A stretch of DNA of 64,000 nucleotides from Mobula hypostoma (lineage: Eukaryota): positions 83,330,001 to 83,394,000 of the forward strand of contig NC_086097.1 in NCBI RefSeq assembly GCF_963921235.1, written 5' to 3'. The notes under the pieces are model-generated. The model was not told the DNA's origin, searched no databases, and worked only from the letters and a program-made list of their open reading frames with translations. Both the position numbers and the translations under genes were made by a program. Positions 1 to 13,564 of the stretch are shown here, piece after piece (within the stretch, counting starts at the first letter, position 1; each line of letters starts with the position of its first letter).

Positions 1-134
1 GGTGCTTCTCGTCTCAACAGCCTCGCATAACTATGAGTTTTGGACGCACATAAGGAGAAGTTGGTAGAAATAGGTTTGACGCATAACTGTGAGTCCGCAT
101 TGTCTGAAGACGCATATAACGAGGATAGGGTGTA
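1..134. mobile_element. Terminus of a probable Tigger/pogo-like DNA transposon or MITE, cut by the window edge
   Basis: CpG-rich segment with repeated (a)cgcataact...gagt sub-terminal units, ending in gaggatagggtg-TA. The partner TIR is not visible. Confidence 0.4.
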
Positions 135-739
135 ATTATTGATTTCTTCATGCGCAAGAACAAACAACTTAGCTAATTTGTTAGATGTGATTCCATTCAC
201 CTTAATTTTCTCACATTCAAGACATAGTTTAAAAAAATGCACCATTAAATGAAACAACTACTTTTCAATTTGGATAGCAATGGTTTCTGCTTATGTGGTG
301 ACTTCCATGCATAAAAGTATCCCGAGATGGTCCAGTGGTTCAGGAAAAAAATGAATGCCTGGCCCAAGGGTGGTTGGGGCTTTTTTTTAAGAGAAGTAAC
401 TAAAAAGCTTGGAAAAACAGTGGTGCGGGGGGTGTGGGGAGGTGTTGATGTGTAGACTGGGATTGAGTGAAGAGACTTCACAAGTTACTTGTAGTGAAAA
501 GAAGGGAAAGGACCAAGATAATAGAGTTGTGAAATTGGGGGTAGAATTGGGCAGATGGTGGAGCTTATGGTAATGGGAGAGGTTATATGTAGACAGTTAC
601 AATTTTAAGAGGCTTTTAAAAATGAAGAAAAGATAATAGGCTTCAGCTACCGTTCTAGGAGCTGATGTAGATCTGGGTGGTGCGGAAGTGTGGCATAGTT
701 TGGAAAATCTGTGGTTATCAGAACTTTAAGAGGGCTACA

Positions 740-1265
740 GATTTAGAATTGGTTTTAATTTATTATTGTCACATACACTGAGCTACAGTGAAAAGCTTGT
801 CTTGCATACTGTTCAGACAGATGAAATCATAGCAAAATGCATTAAAGTGAAAAAGAATGCAGAATAACGTGTAATAGCTACAAAGAAAGTGCAGTGCATG
901 TAAACAATAAGGTGCAAGAGCATAGTGAGGTAGGCTGTGAATTCAGTGGTCATCATACCATACTAGGGAGCTACTTAATAATCTTATAACTGTGGGCTAG
1001 AATCTGTCCTTGAGCCTCAGGGTAGGTTCTGCCCAGTGGAAGAGGGGAGAGGAGAGAATGTCCAGGCTGGGTGATGTCTTTGATTATGCCGACTGCTTAA
1101 CTGAGGTAGCGAAAAATGCAGGCAGAGTCCACGGAGTGGAGCTGGTTTCTGTGATGTACAGAATTGAGACCACAACTCTCTGCACTTTCTTATGGTCTCC
1201 AGAACAGCAGTTGCTATACCAACCTATTAGACATTCAGATAGGGTGCTTTCAATAGTCATTCGGG
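740..1265 (-). mobile_element. Degraded Rex1/Babar-like LINE 3' fragment
   Basis: Begins with a tttattattgtcacat 3'-tail motif. Similar architecture to the 42905 and 46050 fragments. Confidence 0.45.
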
Positions 1266-4200
1266 TGTGAATTAAATGGAATATATTGTGAATTTGATTA
1301 GAGTGCGTATGAGGGTTTTACAATATCACCGGATAATAGTTAATTTGAAGAAGGAAAGAACTGATGGAAGCTCAGTTCTTTATCAGATAAAACACTGAGT
1401 TGGAAATGGTCCAGTTCAGCAGATGTCAGTAGCTGGAGAGAGTTTGGAGTAGCTGACAAAAACTTGGAATTTAGCTGAAGAATGTGCTTCCCTGACACTG
1501 AATGTCTAATTTGGGTATCCACATACAGGCAGTCAGGGGCTCGAAAGTAGCAGTGGAGGGAGACTGGGATATCTACAAGAATGACTGCAGATGCTAGAAA
1601 TCTGGAGCAAAACACACAAAAAAAAAAGAAAGTAATGTAGGAATTCATCAGGTTAAGCAGTGTCTGTGAAGGGAAATAAACAGTCACTGTTTTCAGCTGA
1701 GGGTGATTGTTGGAGCTGGGGAATGGCAAAGACAAATGTAAAGAATATAAAACATGTTTCTGGAAATAAGTTTGCCAAAGCGTAACATTGTCTGTGAGAA
1801 TCTGATCATTATCGCTGTACTTGAACCAGTTCGGGTAAATAGCGGTCAGTTAGTCTTTCCCTCTTTCTTTCCAGGTCTGATAGTTTTGCCATCCTTTTAT
1901 ACCTTGCCAGATGGCTGGTTTTAATAAATACATTTTATTATTATTGCTTGTGTACTCTTTCACAAATTAGCACAGTAGAAAAAAATTCTGTCCTTTTACA
2001 TACGTCTAATAATTGCCCATCACAACTCCAGCTCACTTGACCTACATCAGAGGGAGAACAGTGTATCTTTCTCACTTCTGTGACATAATGTCATGAATTT
2101 ATTAAATTAATATATAGAATGTTCTTCAAAATCTGGTTTTTAAACTATTGTTCTATTGATCACAAATACCGTGGAGGCACAAGAAACTGCAGCTGCAGAA
2201 ATCTGGAGTAACAGTCTACTGAAAGAATTTGGGATTAAGCCATATCCGCGTGCGTGCGTGTGTGTGTGGTGGGGGGGGGAGCGGTTAGGAATTGACGACT
2301 TTTCAGGTCAAATGCCTGAATCAGGACGTTTACACTTTGTTACAGGTGTTGTTCAATGGTTAATTGTTAACCCTGGTGTTTTGTTTCAGTGATATTTGAG
2401 AAATAGCCCATTATAACCTTCTGGCTAAAAAAATTCAGGCAGATTAAATGTAGCAAATAATGCACATAAATTGGACTCAATTACTCAAGCTTCAGGAGGC
2501 AGATTGCCAGCCTTGGGCGCCACAGTTTGGATATGTCTGCTTTACAGCAATTCTGCTAAAATATTGTTCACTGGTTTAACAGAAATGTATACCTTGGCCC
2601 TAAATTCATGTACAGTGCAAAAATATTTGTAAAGAACAGTCATTTTTTAATTGTTTCTTAGAAATCCCCTTCTTTTTCCCCACTTTGAGTGAGGTCAATA
2701 TTTAGACTTTTTTTAATTAAAAGTGGTTAAAAGTTGGAAAGTGTGCCAATGCTGAAAGCCACACTTCCCTGTTGAACTGCTAAAATTGGAGTAAGGTCAA
2801 GTCCCTCTATATGTCACTGATGCTGGATTGTTAGGTTGCCCTCTGAATTTGGTTGGGCTGATAACCAGCTCACTAAAGAAAGCAGGGCCTGCTTTGGCCT
2901 GAGTTCAGGACAGATGCTTTACACATTCTAAGCATAATGCTAGTCGAAGCAGGGGATTTATCAATAGGCGCATTGTGTACCTTATGCAAGCAAAAGCAAC
3001 TTGTATGCTGAAGCGTGTTTGCTGGTTAGCAGATGTCATGTCAAAGTTGCAGACCATTTCCTTCATAGATTGTACTTATTTAGAAACAGCAAAAGTATGT
3101 TTTTTTCACTCACTCATAAAATGAATATTATAACCCTGCTTCATGAAGTTTCTAACTGTTCACCCTGTTGTTTAATTAGAATTTATAGCCCCAAAATTAA
3201 TAAGGTCAAATAAAGGGAACTGTAAATCTATACAAGCATACAGGGTGATTAGCAGTTGATGTGGGAGATAAACTGGTGAAAGTCGGTGGGGGTGGGGGGT
3301 GGAAGGATTGTGGGGATGGAAATCACACAGATTTGAATGCAGCTTCACAGGGGATCTTTATCTGAGCTGAAACTGATTTTTTAAAAAGAGAGTAAAAGCT
3401 TCTCTTCCCAAACTTGCCAAATGATTGCTCAGGCTACAGAACTATTTTATATGCTGGGATCAGAAATTTTGTTGCTATGGCGCACATACTAGAGGAATTT
3501 GACAGTCCTGAAGAAATTGCTTTGTGTATATGTAAGGCCCTATACGTTATACACCACAAATACTGTAAACAGTGGTCCGTAATGAATGTGGGTTAAATTC
3601 TCATCACCTACCTTCTGAACCATTTGTTACTTTTTATTTTGTAAATCTACATCAGTTTGGCTCTTGAATACCATATCAACTATTTCCAAGTGCGATTTGA
3701 GTTGGAAGCTTGCCAAATAGCTACAAGTTCAATATTGTGCATTTTTATCTTGCAAAAGAAAATAGCAATTTTTGAACTTGTGCTGCGAATTTTGCTCCAG
3801 GTTATTGAAAATCAGTTTGCATATTTAGCTTCAGAAATTGTTCTGGTGCAATTTTACTCCATTGTTGAAATCTGTCAGCATACTGTATATAGCTTCAGAA
3901 ATTGTTCTGATTGCCAGAGTTGGCCCAATCATTGGCCTTTGAGGTAGAGTAAACATAAAAAGTTCATTCAGTGAAAGAATTTATTATGCTGCTGTGCTGT
4001 TCAGTGGAGTATTTATAGAAAGAGGTTTCTAATCTCTTATTGTATTTGGCCTTCCTTATTTACTAGCTACCCACAGATTCCTATTAGCATAAAATCCCAA
4101 GGAGGAATGGTGTCAAAGTTAACAATAGCCAGGATCCCAGCCTCACTGACCCCAAATGAATGCCATTTAGGAGGTCAGGACTCCAGATGAAGAATCACTG

Positions 4201-4439
4201 TCTTACCAGCTGTAAAATTAGAGGCAGAAGGAAATGTAGAAGGTTGCCGTGGCAGGCTAGCTGGACACCAGTCATCTAATCTTAATTATATTATGTTAAA
4301 AAAGAAAATTATATGCAACAGGGGAAAACAAATTCAAACAGTCTATGCATTTTTCTTTTTTTTGTCTTTTCATTTTAAGCAATATGTATTCAATTGATGC
4401 TTATAATAACAGTAAAGAACAGTAGCAATACTCAACAGA

Positions 4440-4665
4440 ACAGGTAGCATCTGTGTAGAAACAGTCATGGACCTTTCATGACTTCGATATCCAGTAACAC
4501 TCACACCTATCATGATGAAGTGCATCAAGAGGTTAGTCATGGCTAGAATTAATTCCTGCCTGAGCAAGGGCCCTGACTCTGCAGTTTGCGTACCACCACA
4601 GCAGCAGACACAATCTCACTTGCTCTCCGCTCTGGTTTAGAGTACCTAGACAACAGCAAAGCATA
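4440..4665 (+). mobile_element. Rex1/Babar-like LINE reverse-transcriptase fragment
   Basis: Degenerate translation resembles YRPVxLTPIMMKCxxRLVMARINSCL...LQFAY...ISLALxSxLEYLDN. Confidence 0.65.
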
Positions 4666-4700
4666 CAGGAGGTACCAAATAAACTAGCCACTGAGTATAC

Positions 4701-7413
4701 AGAAACATAGAAAACCTTCAGTACAATACAGGCCCTTCGGCCCACAAAGCTGTGCCGAACATGTCCCTACCTCAGAACTTCCTAGGCTTTACTCACCTAG
4801 CCTTCTATTCTTCTAAGCTCCATGTAGCCATCCAGGAGTCTCTTAAAAGTCCCTATCATTTCTGCCTCCACACTGCCGCCGGCAGCCCATTCCACACACT
4901 CACCACTCTCTGCATAAAAAAAACTTACCCCTGACATCTCTTCTGTACCATCTCAGCCCTGGGGAAAAGCCTCTGACTATACACATAGTCTATACCTCTC
5001 ATTATCTTGTACACCTCTATCAAGTCACCACTCATCCTCCATTGCGCTAAGGAGAAAAGGCCAAGTTCACGCAACCTATTCTCATAAGGCATGCTCCCCA
5101 ATCAAAGCAACATCCTTGTAAATCTCTTCTGCACCCTTTCTATGGTTTCCACATCCTTCCTGTAGAGAGGTGACCAGAATTGAGCACAGTACTCCAAGTG
5201 GGGTCTGACCAGGGTCCTATATAGTTGCAACATTACCTCTCAGCTCTTAAACTCAATCCCATGGTTGATTAAGGCCAATGCACCATGCACTTTCTTAACC
5301 ACAGAGTCAACCTGCGTAGCAGCTTTGAGTGTCCTATAGACTCGGACCCCAAGATCCCTCTGATCCTCCACAAGAGTCTTACCATTAATACTATATTCTG
5401 CCATCATATTTAACCTACCAAAATGAACCACCTCACACTTTTCTGGGTTGACCTCCATCTGCCACTTCTCAGCCCAGTTTTGCATCCTACCAATGTCCCG
5501 CTGTAACCTCTGACAGCCCTCCACACTATCCACAACACACTCAACCTTTGTGTCATCAGCAAATTTACTAACCCATCCCTCCACTTCCTCATTCAGGTCA
5601 TTTATAAAAATCACAAAGAGTAGGGGTCCCAGAACAGATCCCTGAGGCACACCACTGGTCACTGGCCTCCATGCAGAATATGACCTGTCTACAACCACGC
5701 TTTGCCTTCTGTGGCAAGCCAGTTCTGGATCCACAAAGCAATGCCCCCTTGGATCCCATGCCTCCTTACTTTCTCAATAAGCCTTGCATGGGGTACCTTA
5801 TCAAATGCCTTGCTAACATCCATATACACTACATCTATGGCTCTACCTTCATTAATGTGCTTAGTCACATCCTCAAAAAAATTCAATCAGGCTTGTAAGG
5901 CATGACCTGTCTTTGACAAAGCCATGCTGACTATTCCTAATCATATTATGCCTCTCCAAACATTCATAAATCTTGCCTCTCAGGATATTCTCCATCAAAA
6001 TACCAACCACTGAAGTAAGACTCACTGGCCAATAATTTCCTGGGCTATCCCTACTCCCTTTCTTGAATAAGGAAACAACATCTGCAACCCTCCAATCCTC
6101 CAGAACCTCTCCCGTCCTCATTGATGATGCAAATATCATTGCCAGAGGCTCAGCAATCTCCTCCCTCACTTCCCACAGTAGCCTGGGGTACATCCCATCC
6201 AGTCCTGGTGACTTATCCAACTTGATGCTTTCCAAAAGCTTCAACACATCCTCTTTCTTAATATCTATATGCTCAAGCTTTTCAGTCTGCTGCAGGTCAT
6301 CACTACAATTGCCAAGATCCTTTTCCATTGTGAATACTGAAGCAAGTACAGTATTCATTAAGTACTTCTGCTATTTCCTCCAGTTCCATACACACTGTTC
6401 CACCGTCACACTTGATTGGTCCCATTCTCTTACATCTTATCCTCTTGCTCTTCACATACTTGTCGAATGCCTTGGGGTTTTCCTTAATCCTGTCCACCAA
6501 TGCCTTCTCATGGCCCCTTCTGGCTCTCCTAATTTCATTATTAAGCTCCTTCCTGCTAGCCTTATTTTCTTTTAGATTCATATCATTACCTAGTTTTTGA
6601 ACCTTTCATAAGCTCTTCTTTTCTTCTTGACTAGATTTACAACAGCCTTTGTGCACCACGGATCTTGTACCCTACCATTCTTTCTGTGTCTCATTGGAAC
6701 GTACCTACTCAGAACCCCATGCAAATATCCCCTGAACATTTGCCACATTTCTTCCGTACGTTTCCCTGAGAACATCTGTTTCCAATTTATGCTTCCAAGT
6801 TCCTGCCTGATAGCCTCATAGTTCCCCTTACTCCAATTAAACGTTTTCCTAACTAGCCTGTTCCTGTCCCTCTCCAACGCTATGGTAAAGGAGATAGAAT
6901 TGTGATCACTATCTCCAAAATGCTCTCTCACTGAGAGACCTGACACCTGATGAGGTTCATTTCCCAATACCAGATCAAGTACAGCCTCTCCTCTTGTAGG
7001 CTTATCTACATATTGTGTCAAAAACCCTTCCTGAACACACCTAACAAACTCCACCCCATCTAATCCCCTCACTCTAGGGAGATGCCAATCAACATTTGGG
7101 AAATTAAAATCTCCCACCACAACAACCCAGTTATTATTACCCCTTTCCAGAATCTGTCTCCCTATCTCCTCCTCAATGTTCCTGTTACTATTGGGTGGTC
7201 TATAAAAAAATGCCCAGTAGAGTTATTGACCCCTTCCTATTCCTAACTTCCACCCACAGAGACTCCGTAGACAACACCTCCATGACTTCCTCCTTTTCTT
7301 CAGCCGTGACACTATCTCTGATCAACAGTGCCATGCCCCCACCTTTTCTGCCTCCTTCCCTATCCTTTCTGAAACATCTAAAGCCTGGCACTTGAAATAG
7401 CCATTCCTGCCCC
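4701..7413 (-). mobile_element. CR1-clade LINE, 5'-truncated, ORF2 (APE endonuclease + RT) broken by frameshifts
   Basis: Minus-strand ORFs 7200-7391 (GFRCFRKDREGGRKGGG), 6590-7120 (VGDFNFP, LDLVL, SDH), 5873-6358, 5689-5886 and 5240-5734 (GVPQGSVLGP, KFADD). Tail (tttctatgtttct) at about 4701. Confidence 0.93.
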
Positions 7414-7720
7414 TGTATGCTTGTGATCTTCTGCTACTGTAGCCCCTCTACTTCAATGATGGACATGTTGTGCATTCAGAAATGCCCTTCTACACACCAC
7501 TGTTGTAACATGTACTTATTTGAATTACTCTCACCTTCCTGTCAGCTTGAACCATTCTGGCCATTCTCCTCTGATCGCTCTCATTAACAAGGCACTTTCA
7601 CCCATAGAAATGCTGCTCACTGGATGGTTTTTGTTTTGTTGCACCATTCTTTGTAAACACTATTGAGACGTACTTGAAATTCCCAGGATATTAGCAGTTT
7701 GTAAGATAGTCAAACCACTT
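7414..7720 (-). mobile_element. Tc1-derived non-autonomous element; its other piece is at about 4668-4700, split by the CR1
   Basis: Clearly homologous to 13565-13855 (ccattctcc..tgatc..tcattaacaag..agaa.tgc.gc.ca.tggatg). The left flank ggtaccaaataaactagccactgagt resembles the TIR-like end at 16002-16029. Confidence 0.7.
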
Positions 7721-9329
7721 TAAGCTATTAATGTAAAAGCTGTATTCTCAGCATTTGCTCTTGGTTAGCTAACAAAGGCCACAGATATTGGTACAGTTTA
7801 ATCTGAGTAAGCTCCTGAGTATTGAGCTGTTCTCCCATTAAACTATGGCTGCAGTATAACAAGTGGTTAGAAAAAGAAAATCTAAAATAATTAATATCTA
7901 AGATGGATGTAGTCATTGAGAAAGATATTGCCAGTGGTTTTCATAACCATTCATTCATCTGTGTTTTAAGCAAGTGGAACGAAATGAATGATACAAATAT
8001 TGATGTAACCTACCATTACTCATTTTAAATGTTGAGGCATGATATACTACCTCTTGACAAACTATTGAGTTAAGTCTGATCTGGATACTTTTAAATCACA
8101 TGTATAATTGTGTAATTGTGTATTGACATAAGTATTAACAAGCCAGTCCACTTTTTCTCTGCAACTTAACTACCAGCAGCTGAACGTGTACTTGCAAGTA
8201 CATGTCCGATGTTACAGCAGACTGGTATTCTATAGAATAAAATATATTATTCTTTAAATATATTCTAAAATGAACTTACTTTTAAATGTTTCTGTTGCTG
8301 TTCCTTTAATGCCAAGGATGTGTGCTATTCATTCACTCAATTATTACAAATGGCCTTCCTATGGTGATTCTCATCCCAGTTATGAAGTTGTACAGCACAA
8401 GAAGTTGCAATTGTGTGTATTTATCATATTTATCAATGTTTCTAATATAAGACTTCTAAGACTTTTAGAAAGATAATGTCTCAAGTTTGGGACTGAGAAT
8501 ACCAATTATTTTTCAGCACATTATATTAGCGCTTTTGTTATTTTTAGACTGAAATATGATTGCATTGATATCCATTTTGAACACTCTAGGAATTGAACAA
8601 GTCCTTCATGGTTGCAAATGCACTTGAGTTCAATACTCTCTGCACATGGAATGGAAACGCCTGTGCAGTGTTCCTAAATATAGGCGTTAATTTAGTTAGA
8701 TCATATAGTTCTGAGATGTACCTGCTATTGCATTCTCTCAGAATAACAATATTTACATTAAAATCAAACTGTACTTTACACAGACCTTACAATCTTAGCA
8801 ACATATTGTACAGACAGGGGAGCTTGATGGTCTTAAGTGGCCACATTATTTCACCATTTCACAGAAAATACCTTTGTTTCAGTTATCATTCTCCACAACC
8901 ACCCCCCAACCGTCTGCTCTGCCACCTAGACTAATTTGTTTCTCTCTCTCTCTCCCAGTTTTGATGAAAGGTCTTTTACCTGCAATGTTAACTATTTCTC
9001 TTTCCACTGATGCTGAAGTTTTCCAGCATTTTCTATTTATATTGTTAATGTGCAAGTACCTCTCCTCCCCAATGTGGAGAGCAGGGAATACCACCATTTG
9101 GGTTGTTTCTTCATTTAGGTCAGCTACTCTTGCCTTGACCCCTGTTTTCGTGATGTTCCCTTCCGCCCATCCCCCGACTGAGTTTGTTGGATCTCGCTCC
9201 TCATTTGCCGACAAGCTAACTAGAACTAAGCTTGGTCGAGAGTTTGCATGATGTTTTGTTTCCAAGCTTGCTAAAGGCACAACGTGCAAAGAGAGATGTG
9301 TGCACACAAAATGCTGAAAGAACTCAGCA

Positions 9330-10330
9330 GGCCAGGACTTATGTCAGAGTACTGTTTCTGGATTTCGACACTTTTGTGTTGAAACAACAGTTTGCCATTC
9401 AGCACTTGCCCCACAGACCTTGGTGAACAAATTCATACTCAGCCTAAATATACCACTCTGCAACTGGGTGTTGGACTTCCTACCCTACAGGCCTCAGATA
9501 GTCAGGCTGCACAACCACTCCTCCTTCCCCATCACTATCAACCCGTATCTCCCCTGGGCTGTGTGCTGAGCCCGCTGCTATACATTCTGCTCACATACGC
9601 TTGCATGGGCAAATACCTGAGTAATCACATTGTCAAGTTCGCTGATGACAAGGCAAAGGTGGGGCTCATCACCAACAACAATGATAGACGGCCAGCAGAG
9701 AGGAGGCAAAAGAGCTAGAGGCCTAGAGCCAGCCAGACGAATAACCTCTTCCTTGATATCAACAAGATGACAGAAATCCGAGCAACACACACAAAATGCT
9801 GGAGGAACTCAGCAGGCCAGACTGCATCTAAGAAAAGCGAACAGTTGACGTTTCAGGCTGAGGTCCTCCAGCAGGACTGGAACCCTTCAGCCCGAAACAT
9901 CAACTATACTCTTTTCCGTTTTTGTTTGTTTGTGATATGATAAAGGAGATAACTTATTGACTTCAGGAGAATTTGCACCACTCACACCCCTCTTTACGTC
10001 GACAGCACAGCAGTGGAAACTGTAAGCAGTTTCAAACTCCTAGGAGTGCACATTTCATGCAACCTCTCATGGTCCCAAGACACATCCTATACATTAGGAA
10101 AGCTGCCTCTACTTTCTGAGGAGGATGAAGAGAGCTGGACTTCGCACATCCATACTCAGCCATTATACAGGTGTGCAGCAGAGAGCATCCTAACGTGCTG
10201 CATTACTGCAAGGTACAGAAACTGCACAGGAAGGCTCTGCGACAGGTCGTCAAAACTTCCCAATACATCACCTGCACCAGCCTACCCACCCTCAAGGACA
10301 TATATACAGAAAGGTGCCAGAAAAAGGCCA
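9330..10330 (+). mobile_element. Degraded Rex1/Babar-like LINE RT region, interrupted at about 9780-9920 by a Penelope-like terminal fragment
   Basis: ORFs 9392-9718 (PLGCVLSPLLYILLT...IVKFADD) and 10013-10423 (VSSFKLLGVHISCNLSWS). Confidence 0.75.
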
Positions 10331-10344
10331 ATAACAGGAGTCAG

Positions 10345-10633
10345 TAGTTACCTTGACTACAGCCTTTCCCTCCCTGTCACTTGCAAGGCTGCTGTTCCCT
10401 TATCTTCACCAACTGCTCCATGAGCCTCTGTGTCCAGCACATCATTCTCCTTAACTTTCACCATCTCCAACATGAATGCCACCACCTGGCACATCTCCTC
10501 CTCTCTGCCTTCTGGAGGGACTGTGCTCTCTGTGACTCTCTTGTCTGCTCATCCTTCCTGACAAACCCCCACCAGGCACTTATCCCCATATAAGTGTTAC
10601 ATCTTCCTCTATACCTGTTCCCTCACCATTCCA
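10345..10633 (+). mobile_element. Penelope-like element fragment, left part; continues at 13068-13420 after the CR1
   Basis: ctcaccattccagg | aaacagtccttccag..gagacag..ttcacctgtgaatc reads as a continuous GIY-YIG-region PLE (FTCES..VIYC.RCSRCG). Ends in a pLTR-like motif near 13335-13420. Confidence 0.6.
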
Positions 10634-13067
10634 GGATTTCTTGGAATGTATGTGGGATGGTTTTTTGAACCAACATGTCGAGGAACCAACCAGAGAGCAG
10701 GCTATTCTGGACTGGGTTTTGAGCAATGAGGAAGGGTTAATTAGCAATCTTGTCGTGAGAGGCCCCTTGGGTAAGAGTGACCATAATATGGTGGAATTCT
10801 TCATTAAGATGGAGAGTGAAATAGTTAATTCGGAAACAAAGGTTCTGAACTTAAAGAGGGGTAACTTTGAAGGTATGAAACGTGAATTAGCTAAGATAGA
10901 CTGGCAAATGACACTTAAAGGATTGACGGTGGATATGCAATGGCAAGCATTTAAAGGTTGCATGGATGAACTACAACAATTGTTCATCCCAGTTTGGCAA
11001 AAGGATAAATCAGGGAAGGTAGTGCACCCGTGGCTGACAAGAGAAATTAGGGATAGTATCAATTCCAAAGAAGAAGCATACAAATTAGCCAGAGAAAGTG
11101 GCTCACCTGAGGACTGGGAGAAATTCAGAGTTCAGCAGAGGAGGACAAAGGGCTTAATTAGGAAGGGGAAAAAAGATTATGAGAGGAAACTGGCAGGGAA
11201 CATAAAAACTGACTGTAAAAGCTTTTATAGATATGTAAAAAGGAAAAGACTGGTAAAGACAAATGTAGGTCCCCTACAGACAGAAACAGGCGAATTGATT
11301 ATGGGGAACAAGGACATGGCAGACCAATTGAATAATTACTTTGGTTCTGTCTTCACTAAGGAGGACATAGATAATCTTCCAGAAATAATAGGGGACAGAG
11401 AGTCCAGTGAGATGGAGGAACTGAGCAAAATACATGTTAGTAGGGAAGTGGTGTTAGGTAAATTGAAGGGATTGAAGGCAAATAAATCCCCAGGGCCAGA
11501 TGGTCTGCATCCTAGAGTGCTTAAGGAAGTAGCCCAAGAAATAGTGGATGCATTAGTGATAATTTTTCAAAACTCGTTAGATTCTGGACTAGTTCCTGAG
11601 GATTGGAGGGTGGCTAATGTAACCCCACTTTTTAAAAAAGGAGGGAGAGAGAAACCGGGGAATTATAGACCGGTTAGCTTAACGTCGGTGGTGGGGAAAC
11701 TCTGGAGTCAGTTATCAAAGATGTGATAACAGCACATTTGGAAAGCGGTGAAATCATCGGAGAAAGTCAGCATGGATTTGTGAAAGGAAAATCATGTCTG
11801 ACGAATCTCATAGAATTTTTTGAGGATGTAACTGGTAGAGTGGATAGGGGAGAACCAGTGGATGTGGTATATTTGGATTTTCAAAAGGCTTTTGACAAGG
11901 TCCCACACAGGAGATTAGTGTGCAAACTTAAAGCACACGGTATTGGGGGTACAGTATTGATGTGGATAGAGAATTGGTTGGCAGACAGGAAGCAAAGAGT
12001 GGGAATAAACGAGACCTTTTCAGAATGGCAGGCAGTGACTAGTGGGGTACCGCAAGGCTCAGTGCTGGGACCCCAGTTGTTTACAATATATATTAATGAC
12101 TCAGACGAGGGAATTAAATGCAGCATCTCCAAGTTTGCGGATGACACGAAGCTGGATGGCAGTGTTAGCTGTGAGGAGGATGCTAAGAAGATGCAGAGTG
12201 ACTTGGATAGGTTGGGTGAGTGGGCAAATTCATGGCAGATGCAATTTAATGTGGATAAATGTGAAGTTATCCACTTTGGTGGCAAAAATAGGAAAACAGA
12301 TTATTATCTGAATGGTGGCCGAATAGGAAAAGGGGAGGTGCAACGAGACCTGGGTGTCATTATACACCAGTCATTAAAAATGGGCATGCAGGTACAGCAG
12401 GCGGTGAAAAAGGCGAATGGTATGCTGGCATTTATAGCAAGAGGATTCGAGTACAGGAGCAGGGAGGTACTACTGCGGTTGTACAAGGCCTTGGTGAGAC
12501 CACACCTGGAGTATTGTGTGCAGTTTTGGTCCCCTAATCTGAGGAAAGACATCCTTGCCATAGAGGGAGTACAAAGAAGGTTCACCAGATTGATTCCTGG
12601 GATGGCAGGACTTTCATATGAAGAAAGACTGGATGAACTGGGCTTGTACTCGTTGGAATTTAGAAGATTGAGGGGGGATCTGATTGAAACGTATAAAATC
12701 CTAAAGGGATTGGACAGGCTAGATGCAGGAAGATTGTTCCCGATGTTGGGGAAGTCCAGAACAAGGGGTCACAGTTTGAGGATAAAGGGGAAGCCTTTTA
12801 GGACCGAGATTAGGAAAAACTTCTTCACACAGAGAGTGGTGAATCTGTGGAATTCTCTGCCACAGGAAACAGTTGAGGCCAGTTCACTGGCTATATTTAA
12901 GAGGGAGTTAGATATGGCCCTTGCGGCTACGGGGATCAGGGGGTATGGAGGGAAGGCTGGGGCGGGGTTCTGAGTTGGATGATCAGCCATGATCATAATA
13001 AATGGCGGTGCAGGCTAGAAGGGCCGAATGGCCTACTCCTGCACCTATTTTCTATGTTTCTATGTTT
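10634..13067 (+). mobile_element. Young CR1 LINE, 5'-truncated in the endonuclease; RT intact apart from one frameshift
   Basis: ORFs 10641-11726 (ILDWVLSN, SDHN, KSPGPDG, NYRPVSLTS) and 11723-12973 (QHGF, YLDFQKAFDKV, GVPQGSVLGP, KFADD, RTRGH). Tail tttctatgtttctatgttt at 13049-13067. Confidence 0.96.
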
Positions 13068-13564
13068 AAACAGTCCTTCCAGTTGAGACAGTCTTTCACC
13101 TGTGAATCCATTGGTGTTATTTATTGCAACCAGGTGTTCCCGGTGTGGCTTCAATGAGACCCAGTGCATAATGGGGATGGCAACATTGATTACCTTCACT
13201 CCGTCCTCCCATTCCATCCCCCACCTACTTATCTTCTCCCCTCACCTAGATCCATCTTTCCCCAGCCAGCTCTCGCTACACATCCCCCCCCCACCACCCA
13301 CCCTTTTGTACTGACTATCTCACCCCTTTCTTTTCATTCTTGAAGGAGAGTCACAACCAAGATGTTGACTGTCCACTTTCCTCCATTGATGCTGCCTGGT
13401 CCAGCATGTTGGGTGCTGTTCCTGCTAATTTCTAGCACAAGTTCAAAATATTTGCAATTGATACTGAGGTCAAGGAGGATAGGAAGAAAGGAATAGCAGG
13501 TCAAAATGGAATTACTTTTTTTTTGTAATTAGCCAATTGCTCAGTTGTGAGCATTGCACACACA

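Noticed and set aside
5671..7395. Plus-strand ORFs such as 6063-6575, and minus-strand ORFs 11881-12585
   Set aside because: They are antisense shadows of CR1 ORF2 with no independent protein signal.
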